A stretch of DNA of 63,876 nt, counting the filler, from Craspedostauros australis (taxonomy: Eukaryota), in assembly GCA_030167865.1 (NCBI GenBank). It is 7 parts of 7 records of this genome, joined end to end, with 100 filler letters (N's around TTAATTAATTAA, not from the genome) between each part and the next. Parts side by side here need not be neighbours in the genome. Positions count along the whole stretch, not along the records: positions 1 to 1,198 come from JALAGF010001441.1; positions 1,299 to 26,138 come from JALAGF010001442.1; 5 more parts are not named here. One strand, 5' to 3'. The notes under the pieces were generated by a model. It searched no databases, was not told the DNA's origin, and saw only the letters and a list, made by a program, of their open reading frames with translations. Shown here piece after piece: positions 1 to 10,510 of this stretch. Position numbers and translations under genes: made by a program. The number at the start of each line of letters is the position of its first letter. Positions within the stretch are counted from its first letter, which is position 1.

Positions 1-28
1 ACCTGAGATCAACGAGGTTGGTTGCGAC

Positions 29-1198
29 ATGGCGGCATGGCGACACTCCTTCGTCAACGGCCAAGAAACTGCGACACCAACCACACTCCAATTCGTCGCT
101 TCTCCCAACAGTGATGGCACGGACAATTCAGACCTACACTCACGATCCGACAAGTCAAGCGAATTCGATATCCATGCCATCATCGGGAACATGATGACAT
201 CCATGGTCCAAGCCATGGCCAAGCAGCTGTTCCCACGAACCTTCCAACCTCCAACCCTGGAATCACTGGGAGCGTTGAGGTACTCCACCAAATCATGGAT
301 GGATGAGTACCTCGTTCCCCACCTCTTCGATCCATCGAAGATCACTCTGCCTGGATCCAGCAAGTCATGGCTTTCGACCAACAAGGCCGCTGCTGATCAG
401 GATGCGGCATCACTCGAAGCCGCTCTCTCCGCCGCTCTCTCCGCCGATCTCCCAGAAGACTTCCCATCAGGCACATGGTTCCGCAATGGTGCCGGTCGAT
501 TTTCCGCCGCTGATGGACAGCGTGTGGCCCATCCATTCGATGGTGATGGCATGATCATGGGTGTCACATTCGACAAAACCCAAACCAACAACGACAACAA
601 CAGCAACAGCAGCAACGGTGATGACACCAACGAGGAGCAGACACAGGCTGACCACCAACAGTCTCGCATCACATTCCGCAACAAGTTCGTCAAGACCCAG
701 AAGTTCAACCAAGATCAGCGCACTGGCACTGTCAGCATGCGCGGCCTCTTCGGAACTCAGAAGAGCGGCGGTTTCCTCGCCAACATCGGCAACATGGACA
801 TCGCCAACGTGGCCAACACCAACTGCGTCCTCGCACCCGGAACCAACACTCTCTACGCGTTGTGGGAAGGAGGCAAGCCATACGCTCTCGATCCTGTCAC
901 ACTCGACATGAAGCAAGAGGATGAGGTCGATATGGGTGGCATGTTGAACAAGGATGACAGCATCTCCGCTCACTACCGCTACGATCCCATCAAGAACACG
1001 TACGTCACATTCGGCACCACTCTGCCCGGCATGGGCAAGGATGAGAACAAGATTCATCTCTACGAGTACGATACCGACACCTACCAACCAAAGGCAGCAG
1101 ACGACAACGCCGCTGACGACAACGCCGCTGACGACAGCGACCCAAGAGTATGCATCACGCTGCCCGGAAGAGCGATGATGCATGACTTCATCTTGACC
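29..1198 (+). CDS. Carotenoid oxygenase / carotenoid cleavage dioxygenase family protein (RPE65 superfamily), partial
   Basis: Motifs GTWFRNGAG, HPFDGDGM, ANVANTN, LYALWEGGKPYALDPVTL, SAHYRYDP and MMHDF, which include the iron-ligand His motifs. The frame is open to the window start and is cut by the linker at 1199. Confidence 0.9.
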
Positions 1199-1298
1199 NN
1201 NNNNNNNNNNNNNNNNNNNNNNNNNNNNNNNNNNNNNNNNNNTTAATTAATTAANNNNNNNNNNNNNNNNNNNNNNNNNNNNNNNNNNNNNNNNNNNN
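1199..1298. other. Artificial contig linker (N44-TTAATTAATTAA-N44)
   Basis: The identical 100-bp spacer, with stops in all six frames, occurs six times in the window. Confidence 0.98.
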
Positions 1299-2081
1299 GA
1301 TTGCCCATGGACCAATTTCAAAGGTCGTACATGGGGGAGAATCCAATTGGCAGTGAGCTCTTGCCATGGTCACAAGGTCACAGCCATGTTGGCTGTGGAG
1401 GCTGGGACCCAGTTCGCTCAAATCCAGCCAACTTGGTGTTGCAAGCCGGTTCAAAGCCGTTTTGATTGGCACTCCTTCCTTGTGGTTGTTGGAATCACGA
1501 TGATATCACCAGTTGCAGGAGTATTATACCTTGTTTTGACATCTGGTGTCCTGAGCGTATATTGTGCATGGCCACTGGCCACTGCTGTAATAATGGTGGC
1601 AGGATGAGGAGGTGTGGCTGCAAGGAACCTTGCACAATGCCTCCTGCCTCCTCTTCTTGTTCCCGTTCCGCTGCTACTGGAGTTGGCACGCCCTCTGTTG
1701 CGGATCGAATTGGTACTGCTGATCCTGATGTAATCGAGGATCCTGGTGCAGCCAAAGATATCAGGATTAGTACCAACGAAGGCACACAGTTTATGCTGGA
1801 ACCTGTCTTCTGTTGACACCAATGGCGCAATAGCCAGCAACTCTCTCCAGTTTTGTACAGACTGCACAAAAGGGCGCATGGTTGATGTCTTGGCGTACTC
1901 TTCACAACAGGAGTAGATAAGATGATGCTGCTACTGCTGCTACTCAATCCTATTGGTTCTTCTCCAGCAACCTCCACTGTTCTGATGTCTGTGCATGTTC
2001 CAAGGATGTTGGTGGCTGGAGGCTTTGGATGCAGTCGTCATGATGGCCATGTTGTCTCTTGTGGCCACCTGCTTGCCTGCT

Positions 2082-2155
2082 GATGGTTGGATGGTTGGAT
2101 GGTTGGATGGTTGGATGGTTGGATGGTTGGATGGATGGATGGATGGATGGATGGA
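2082..2155. repeat. (GATGGTTG)n/(GATG)n microsatellite
   Basis: Directly visible tandem array. Confidence 0.9.
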
Positions 2156-3486
2156 CAATGCCATCTATTCGTGTATCGTGCAAGCTCACATGGGATGCTG
2201 TGAAAAGCATGGACCTGGCCTGGTAGAAGTATGATGGGTCTGTACATGTATGGGAGAGCAGAATTGATGTGAAGTGCGTCTGTGGATGGATCTTTTCCCA
2301 GAGTATACCACGCTCAGCACCAACATTGCAATACGTTGGCAGTGCATGCCAAGTTGAATACTTCCATGGGTGCATGAAAAAGTTGGTGGGTGGATAGGCC
2401 AGCCCATGTGAAAATGCTGGAATAGACTGTATTCCATGTCGAAGGCAAGGATGGCAACAGTCGAGAAAAACTGTCACTCCCACAGATCACCAGATGCAAA
2501 ACGTTGAACGGATCATCCGATGTGACCGCAGCAGCCAAAAAACTTGTCGCGGCTAGTAGCAGTCCGCCCTTGACTTGGCTTCCCCTGCAAAACCAGGTAC
2601 GAAACACTCTTTGGCTGATCTGCACCAACACTGGTTGTCCAATTCTCAGCAGAATGGTTTGACAGTAGAGCCCATTCTCGTGTTGTTTCTCTCTGCTCGA
2701 TCCCTCAAAATGACAAATTCAACGTCTGTCTCACCACCAGGATTGGAAGCACCAAAACGTGCTCTGACGCCAGATCATGCAAACGGAACCGTGGAATTGG
2801 AAAAAATGTGGTCATTTGGTGCATTCTTCCAGCCCAAATCGTGTTGCTATTAGCACAATGATGGCTGCCACCACAGGAAAGGTCAAAATCAACCGACAAC
2901 CACTGAAACACAACAAAGGAAACAACACTGCGGTCACCAGTCTCTTTCCGCGTCGTGCCATCAGCTCAGCAAGGGGAGAGATGCAGGTTGCACAGGACTT
3001 TGTATTGTCGAACTAAGCTTAACATTAAATAGTATTATACAATATTTTACATACCACAAAATAAGCCACTGTGATCCAATGCATTATATAATGCTGTGTT
3101 GTGTGGTATTCGCAAGTGTTGCTGTTGCTGTGAACATGGATGTGCAGGGACGCTGCCACCAACGCTGTGCTGTTTGACACAACACACACAAACGAGGAAG
3201 CACACAACAGAACCAAATCACCAACAACGCAAGGAATCAAGGCAACACCGAATCTGCGACAACGTCACCATCCGCACCGTCAATACCATTACCGTCTGAT
3301 ATCGACCGTCAAAGACGTCATCAATTTCGTCCGCGGTGAAGACAAGTCAGCCAGGTACTTGTGTCGTAAAAGCTAGCTAAATAAATCTAACCCTAATTGA
3401 CAACGCGGCGTATCGTTATCTAAATATATCACGTTTTACGATGTCAAATCCGCAAAAACGTACGATTCTATCCTGAATGGGGCCAT

Positions 3487-4134
3487 ATGGAGAGAAGCTC
3501 AAAGCCATTCGGTGATAGTCCCATGACCATGACTTTTTCGGGACGCCCTGTTAGATCTTTCGTCTTCATAGACGGAATCATCCAAGCGTGGAGACAAAGC
3601 GGCTATCCCATCCACATCATGAACTTCCACAGCAAACGGCACATCTCTGAGCAGCTGCTGTGCGACATCATGCCAGACACTCCCCAGTCATGCGAATACC
3701 TCGAGCAACGAGAGGAACCCACCAAGGCCAACTCCCGATCAAGGATTTGGTTCGCAATCAGCGACGTAATCTTTACTGCAGCACAACGCGGTTTGATCAG
3801 CCAAGCCACACAAGCCAACCGAACCAGGATGAACATGACAGACGAATTGGTGGAGTATCATAAACGTGTTCTGCACAAGACCTTCGCGGATCTCCCGCTG
3901 GATTGTCCGCCGGAGAATGAATTGCAAGAGCTCCTGAGCATGTCACTGGCGCTGGAGGAGAAGTGGATGCCGGAGTGGTATGCATCTCCTGACGGTGAAG
4001 CGGCACATCGCAAGGCATTCCACCGCACCGTCTACGAGAAGCGTGAATTCTGTCACGTGAATCTGGATCGTTTGTTCGAAGGCGTGTCAACTTGGGACGA
4101 TCTCTTGGACAGGCTGAATCGTACAATGACCTGA
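3487..4134 (+). CDS. Hypothetical protein, probably a C-terminal fragment of a diatom-type family
   Basis: Protein-like from about 3560 onward (LLCDIMP..C, DLPLDCP, FCHVN). The 5' part of the ORF runs into a repeat-like segment, so the true start is uncertain. Confidence 0.55.
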   Translation: MERSSKPFGDSPMTMTFSGRPVRSFVFIDGIIQAWRQSGYPIHIMNFHSKRHISEQLLCDIMPDTPQSCEYLEQREEPTKANSRSRIWFAISDVIFTAAQRGLISQATQANRTRMNMTDELVEYHKRVLHKTFADLPLDCPPENELQELLSMSLALEEKWMPEWYASPDGEAAHRKAFHRTVYEKREFCHVNLDRLFEGVSTWDDLLDRLNRTMT

Positions 4135-4599
4135 AGTCGCGGCAGGGTGAAGAGGAAAGTGGCTGAAGAGATGGGGTGGGTTGTGCACAGAAGCGAGAAA
4201 TGGATGAACCGACAGGATCAAGATTGGCTCGAAATCGATCACCCTACCAATAGAAAGTAATAATACTCTCGAGATAGTCGAAAATAATGCACCAAATACA
4301 ACTATGAAGCTACAGGCGCCGCAAGATTCAGAATGAAATTGATGAGACAAGGGGACACAAAAGAGCCGGTCAACTTGATAGGGGAAGTCCCTGAGAGGGA
4401 GACTTCTGCAAAGGATACTCCCTATTGGTGTAATGCGCATGGTCCTCCACTTCAAACACAATGCTATACTGCTATACTTTAATTTCTTTCATTATCCAAA
4501 GAAAATCAAAGCTGTATGAGTCTCCGAAGAAGTGCATGTCATCCAGCGCAGCAGACCAGCTCGTACGACAGAGTATAGTGGAGTGGGTGGGTATGAATA

Positions 4600-4649
4600 G
4601 TTCACGTACACGTTCAAGTACACGTTCAAGTACACGTTCAAGTACACGT
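4600..4649. repeat. 12-bp tandem repeat (GTTCAAGTACAC) x about 4
   Basis: Directly visible. Confidence 0.85.
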
Positions 4650-4754
4650 ATTCGTGGAGCGCCACGCAGAACATCATCTGCCATCGCTGTGGTCGTCTGC
4701 ACGCCCTGAGCCGAACTGAGCTGAGCTGAACCGCTCTGCGCTGCACGTTCACAT

Positions 4755-5180
4755 TTACATCTCTAACATGCTGGTGATCACCGTGCCATCTTCCACTGCC
4801 TGATCCAACTCGAAATTGAACAGCTCTCCGCCAGTCCCCTTGTAACCCACCCAACGCGCGGGGTCGATTGTTCCGTTGGCAAAGTCAAAGCGGCTAGTGA
4901 CCAACACCTCAAGGCCCACAGTCGTTTCCGAGATCTCCACCCAGAACGCATCGCCGTTGGCGGCGACGTATCCTTCGTCGATACGGAAGTTGCCGTCATT
5001 GTTGGATCCCTTGCCTGTCACTTTCCACAGCGTCGTGCCACTGCTGATGCTTTCAATGGCGTTCTGCTTCTCCATCTCGTCGCCGACGTTTGTGCTATCG
5101 AAATTGGCGTTCTTGATGATGGTCGGTTCGAAGGTTAGGTGCTCCTCAGATTGATGGGCATGGTCGTTCTCGTTGTACGT
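4755..5180 (-). CDS. Hypothetical protein or exon
   Basis: Protein-like composition and codon usage similar to neighbouring genes. The ORF ends at a possible GTAAAT donor. No family recognised. Confidence 0.4.
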   Translation of the reverse strand, partial: TYNENDHAHQSEEHLTFEPTIIKNANFDSTNVGDEMEKQNAIESISSGTTLWKVTGKGSNNDGNFRIDEGYVAANGDAFWVEISETTVGLEVLVTSRFDFANGTIDPARWVGYKGTGGELFNFELDQAVEDGTVITSMLEM

Positions 5181-5473
5181 GCATATAGGCACTAGTGTTA
5201 TCGTTAGGAATTGTTTGCGATCTGCAGGTAGAAGAAACTCGTATGCATGGCGCTCTATGTGCACGCGAGCTGCCCATGGAGATAACACAAGTACACACAA
5301 TCTCTCAGCAATCGGTCAATTCGTAACGATGCAACACCTCCGACGCATCGTGAGCTTCTCTCTCTCTCTCTCGCTCTCTGTGGAGACAAGTCTTCGTCCA
5401 AGGTTTCTTATTCGTTTGTTTGTTTGTTTGTTTGTTTGTTTGTTTGTTTGTTTGCTTGTTTGGAAACAAGGAC

Positions 5474-6775
5474 CTATGATGTGCTGCCATATTGGACACT
5501 TTGCATCGTCCGCGACGCTGCGTCTTCTTCATCGCCATCGTTTTCCCCGTTGTCGTCGCCATGAGCACCAACATCATCATCGAGCAACCCTTCCTGCTCA
5601 CTGCCTCCTTCCGTCACCCTCTGCTCTTGTTCATCTTGGAATTTCTGAAACGCAATGATGACTAATGAAACGAAGATGAAGGCCACGCCGACCCACGTCA
5701 CCAGACGCGGAGTCTGATTGAACACCGCGATTTGAAAGAGGTAGGCCCACATGATGTCGGAGCTGCACATGATGCTGCCCAACCCTGCCGGTGCCAACCG
5801 GCCGGCAAAGTTCATCAAGAAATGGGATCCCGTGCCCATGACACCCATAACGATGAGGTAGATCCACGTCTCGGGATGCTGGCGGATGGATGGAAGGTAC
5901 CAGATACCATCGATGCGCTGCACCCATTGCATGTGGCCGAACGCGAATGCGATGATGAAACTGAAGATGATGAAAGAGCAAAGCAAGTGCATTGTGTGGA
6001 CACCGAGCCTTCCAGCTTTGCGGACGAGGGTCAACGCAACGGCAGCGCTGCAGCTTCCGAGGATGGCCGTGATGTATCCAACCCAGTGATAGGGTGAGTC
6101 CGGCACAATAGTGTCTGTTTCGTCAACGCCAAATATGAAGGTCGGACGAGCGATGCAAGTTGCGCCAGCCAAACTGAAGACAATCGCCAATATGTGGGTG
6201 CAAAGGATCGATTCTCGTAGGAAGATGGCTGCCAGCAGAATAGTGACGACGGGACTGAGAGCCAGAAACGTCAGGGCGTCGCCCAGGGGCAGCAGCTTCA
6301 TGGTGGCGAAGTACATGATGAATCCCACGCCTCCGACCATGCCACGCACGATGACCAGTTTTTGAACCTCCCACGTTCCACCGAATGGTGTGAAGAGCAG
6401 CGGGCGTTGAGGCAGGGGAATGCGTTCGTCCGCCTTGAGAGATCTCGTCTCATCGTCCGTGTGCGTCCCGGTTTCCGCATGCGCTTGCGTTCTCAATCGA
6501 TCATTGTGGTCGACGACGTAGTCATAGTGGGCACCACCTTGGGCAACGGAGACTGGCCTCATGTACCACAGCAGGACCCCCACGAAGAAGCTTTGGATGA
6601 CCGCTCTGGCGAGCACCAGCTCCGTGGACGGGATGCCCCTGTTGGAACAGAGCTTGAGGAACAACCCCATCACCGCATACAGAAATGCATTAATGAGAAG
6701 GAGGAAGAGGCTGTACGACTCCACCGACATCCATGATGGTTGGAACAGGATGGTTGCTTCTTTTGAGGCGCTCAT
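5474..6775 (-). CDS. EamA/DMT-superfamily transporter (SLC35G-like), copy 1
   Basis: About 10 hydrophobic segments in two EamA-like halves, with motifs LLPLGDA..LSP, FLRE and IARPTFIFG. Confidence 0.9.
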   Translation of the reverse strand: MSASKEATILFQPSWMSVESYSLFLLLINAFLYAVMGLFLKLCSNRGIPSTELVLARAVIQSFFVGVLLWYMRPVSVAQGGAHYDYVVDHNDRLRTQAHAETGTHTDDETRSLKADERIPLPQRPLLFTPFGGTWEVQKLVIVRGMVGGVGFIMYFATMKLLPLGDALTFLALSPVVTILLAAIFLRESILCTHILAIVFSLAGATCIARPTFIFGVDETDTIVPDSPYHWVGYITAILGSCSAAVALTLVRKAGRLGVHTMHLLCSFIIFSFIIAFAFGHMQWVQRIDGIWYLPSIRQHPETWIYLIVMGVMGTGSHFLMNFAGRLAPAGLGSIMCSSDIMWAYLFQIAVFNQTPRLVTWVGVAFIFVSLVIIAFQKFQDEQEQRVTEGGSEQEGLLDDDVGAHGDDNGENDGDEEDAASRTMQSVQYGSTS

Positions 6776-7319
6776 TGGTGGGAAGGCGTCTCGTTGTGAT
6801 CGTGTCTATCGGTATGATGAAATAGCACGATGAAATAGTACGATGAATTGCAATGATGGCTGAGATTGTTCCTGTTGTTGTTTGTCGGTTGATCTGATCT
6901 GACCTGTTCTGATTTTTATACTCTGGTGTCATTGTTCCGAATGAGAAAGACGTGTTGGGGAACAGAAGAGGAAGTAAGTGCGTGCATAGTTGGGTGCGTA
7001 CGTGTGGTCCTCTTTCTTGTTGGTGTTTTGGCTGCCGATGGTGGCGAGAATTTTGTGGTTGTTTTGTGAGGAAGAAATGGCTAATTCTGACAACAAGCGA
7101 TTTCGTCGTCGTCACGTGCAGTCGATGTGATCGATCCATTGAATCACGAATGATGCAAACAATATTGAGTCTTGTATGACATACGTTGGTTGGCAAAACG
7201 CACGTCCCGAGAAGCGGAGATCGATGGCGGCAGATCGGATGGACCTGTACTCTACAAATACATGATACCAAGAATGGAAAGCAAGATCTGATAGAATGCT
7301 TGTCTATTCAACCAAAAAT

Positions 7320-8558
7320 CTATGAAGCTGTACCGTACTGAGCACCTTCCACCTTGAGCCACTCAGATTCTTGCTCGCTCTCAGCATCCGCATTGTCATC
7401 AAGCAGTGCTGATTGTTCGTTGGTGCCGCCCATCTTCTGCTGTTCATCCTGAACCTTCTGAAACGCGATGATGGACAACGACGTGACGACGCAGGCCACA
7501 CCGATCCACGTCGTGAACCGTGGCACTTCCTCGAAGATGATGATCTCGAAGATGTAGGCCCACACGATGTTGGAACTGCGCACGATGCTGCCGAGCCCCG
7601 CCGGTGCCAGCTGCACGGCAAAGTTCATCAAGAAATGGGCGCTCGTGCCGGTCATTCCCATGGCGAAGACGTAGAACCAGATGTCGGGCTGCGACGGCAC
7701 GTACCACAGACCGTCGAGGCGTTGCGCCACCTTGAGCTGTCCGAAGGCGATGGCACTGATCAGTCCGAAGAAGACGAAGGACGCCAGCAAATGCAGCGTG
7801 TGGGCGCCGATCTTGCCGGCTCCGCGGATCAGGGTCATGGCCGCCGCACCGCAGAAGCTACCGAGGATGGCGGTGAGGTATCCCACCCAGCCGTACTGTG
7901 ACGCGGAGGATTCTGCGTGAGATCCGTCGGAACCAAAGATGAAGGTCGGATGGGCGATGAAGACTGCGCCGGCGAAACTGAAGCACGTTGCCATGATGTG
8001 AGACAGCAGAATCGGTTCGCGCAGGAAGAATGCCGCGAGAAAGATGGTGAAGATGGGAGTGAACGAGAGGAGAGTCATGGCATCGCCCAGCGGCAGCAGC
8101 TTCATCGTGGCAAAGTACATGATGAATCCGACACCTCCGGCGATGCCTCGCACGATGACGAGCCTTTGCACGTCCCACGTTCCACCGAACGGCGTGAAGA
8201 GGAGCGGGCGCTGCGGCAGGAGCGCGAGCAAGTCTGTGCTCGTGCCCGCTTCATCGTCGTCCGCCTGCGCCTTCACTTGAGCATTGTGGGTGACGACGTG
8301 GTCGTAATGAGGACCGCCTTGGGCGACGGAGATTGGCTTCATCTGACACAGCAGGATCAAGACGAAGAATCCCTGGACCAGCGACCTCATGAGCACCAGC
8401 TCCGTCGATGGGATGCCGCTGTTGGAACACAGCTTGAGAAACATTCCCATCAGAGCGAAAAGAAGCCCGTTGAGGAGCAGCAGGAGGAGACCGTACGACT
8501 CCGCCGACATCCACGACGGTTGGAGAAACATGTCCTTTCTTGCGGCCATCATCGTCAT
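7320..8558 (-). CDS. EamA/DMT-superfamily transporter (SLC35G-like), copy 2
   Basis: Colinear paralog of 5474-6775, sharing QPSWMS.ESY, GIPSTELVL and RPLLFTPFGGTW. Confidence 0.9.
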   Translation of the reverse strand: MTMMAARKDMFLQPSWMSAESYGLLLLLLNGLLFALMGMFLKLCSNSGIPSTELVLMRSLVQGFFVLILLCQMKPISVAQGGPHYDHVVTHNAQVKAQADDDEAGTSTDLLALLPQRPLLFTPFGGTWDVQRLVIVRGIAGGVGFIMYFATMKLLPLGDAMTLLSFTPIFTIFLAAFFLREPILLSHIMATCFSFAGAVFIAHPTFIFGSDGSHAESSASQYGWVGYLTAILGSFCGAAAMTLIRGAGKIGAHTLHLLASFVFFGLISAIAFGQLKVAQRLDGLWYVPSQPDIWFYVFAMGMTGTSAHFLMNFAVQLAPAGLGSIVRSSNIVWAYIFEIIIFEEVPRFTTWIGVACVVTSLSIIAFQKVQDEQQKMGGTNEQSALLDDNADAESEQESEWLKVEGAQYGTAS

Positions 8559-9063
8559 TGTTCGTGTATGGTCTGGTATTGTGGTGTGCTGTATTGGTAG
8601 AATATGTGACTGAGTACTTGAGTTAGCAGTTGTGTGGGAAATCTGCGTCCGATTGAATGGTGCTCTGCATTCCTCTGCTCTTCTGCTTTTGGTTTCGCAG
8701 AACTTCTGTGGTCAGAATTGTGGTGGTTGTGTTTCAAACCGTCACGTGAACGGGATTGTCGTTTGCAAAGATTCTATCGTGGTTCTCCCTCATGGGAACA
8801 CGTCGCACCAAGAAGACGTCATCGTTTGGGCAGTCCATGTTGTCGACTAAGTCACGAGTACAAACTGTATTGAGTCCTGTGTGACGCAGAAAAGAAAAGA
8901 TTCGCAGACAACACAAGAAACAACACACTGACACTCATCGCAGAACACGACGAAAACAACACGGCACAAAAAACGTCGTCGAGTTGCGAGACCCTTCATT
9001 CATCATTCATCATTGATCAAAGAGTAGAATACGATCTCTAGTCCAGATCAGCAGACGAAGACA

Positions 9064-9882
9064 ATGATGATGACGACGACGACGACAATGCCGACTATGG
9101 CAAGGATACAGCAGATCCCATGCCTGCTATCGCTGTTGCTGGCGGTGGTGCTGCTGCTTGCACGTCCAAGCGCAACCAATGCATGGGTGCAACCGAATTC
9201 AGGACCTGCGCGGATCCTTGGAGCAGCGTCATGCCACAGTGATGCACAGAGAAGCCTGAGGAATCCAAGCACGACACTATGGTCTGCTCCAACGGACGAG
9301 GATACGGTCGGCAACAGCACGGCGACGACCATGCAGCCGGTCCTTGCGACGCAACAGCAGCAACAAACGGATGAACGCAACGATCTAGGTTGGTTCTTGC
9401 GAGGCATGCTGTGGAATGCACCATCGTCGTCGTCGTCGCTTTCATCAGGCGATGACGACAGAAATCAAAAGGGATCAGCATCAACTCCCTTCGCGGTCGG
9501 GTCCTTCGTCGTCGCCAAGGCGGATATCCCGTCGCTCGGAATCTGGACGGATCAGGCGTACGAATTGAGGGAAGTGTACATCCAATCCACCAACGAGGAT
9601 GGCACGGTGCAGCGAATGGCGTTGGATGGCATTGACGAGGCCTCGTCCAATCAAGGCAAGCAGTACATTCGGTTGTACTCGCCCATGTACCACAAGGAGA
9701 CGGGTCCCGTCATTGTCACGCCGGCAGAAGTTGGGTTGGTCTCGTTCCGGCAGGAAGTGCGCGACAGTATCCTTTTCGCGTTGCCCGTTTTGGCCTTTTG
9801 GCTTTCCGTGTCGTACACCTTTGCGACCAAGTACATGGAGCGGTCCGGTGGGTCTCTTATGGATGCCTTCCTTGGGAAGTGA
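9064..9882 (+). CDS. Hypothetical protein, probably plastid-targeted, with a C-terminal TM helix
   Basis: Hydrophobic signal peptide ending ATNA-W (ASAFAP-type +1 aromatic residue), followed by an S/R-rich transit-like stretch and a C-terminal hydrophobic helix. Confidence 0.7.
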   Translation: MMMTTTTTMPTMARIQQIPCLLSLLLAVVLLLARPSATNAWVQPNSGPARILGAASCHSDAQRSLRNPSTTLWSAPTDEDTVGNSTATTMQPVLATQQQQQTDERNDLGWFLRGMLWNAPSSSSSLSSGDDDRNQKGSASTPFAVGSFVVAKADIPSLGIWTDQAYELREVYIQSTNEDGTVQRMALDGIDEASSNQGKQYIRLYSPMYHKETGPVIVTPAEVGLVSFRQEVRDSILFALPVLAFWLSVSYTFATKYMERSGGSLMDAFLGK

Positions 9883-10510
9883 TCTTGGGACATCGGTCTT
9901 CATGAGGAAAAGATGCGTTGGCACACGCGCGCTCTTGTTGGCGTACTATATGATAGAATACATCCAATCTCCATCGGAGCGCACCGGATCCTTCTGCCAA
10001 ACAGTTGGCCAGCAGGCTTTGGTCGTCACATCAGACTCGATACCAGCGTATCCGTGGCTCGAATAAGCAATGCATATGATATGCTTGAATTAGTGGTCGA
10101 ACAGGATCACTCTATGAAAACCAGCAAAGGTTTGAGCACGCAACTCGACTCTACTGCACTCAACCTCGCCGTGCACGGGTCTTACCTACACACCAGTATT
10201 CGTCTCATTTGCTGGAGGTAGATTGAGTGCACCGAGCTACTCCATTGCACCATCTTGTGGTTGGCGAGGCTCGGGTCTCGTAGCTGACGTGTGTCATGAA
10301 CGCTTGCGTCCGGCTGCACTAAAGACCGACGGCCACCCAAGCACAATAATCCGTATGATATAATATAACAGTATTCTACTCTAATTATACTTTCTGCACA
10401 CCACTTCAATGTGTAATTGTGTTTCTTCCTCCTCTGCTCCTATCAGGAGCCATGCCCGCTGCTCTATTCTACTCCAACGCTCTCAAGCTCAAGTTGTACG
10501 TACCAAGATG

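Noticed and set aside
1243..1254. TTAATTAATTAA palindromes as biological sites (for example piggyBac targets)
   Set aside because: They are always centred in identical N44 flanks, so they are assembly linkers.
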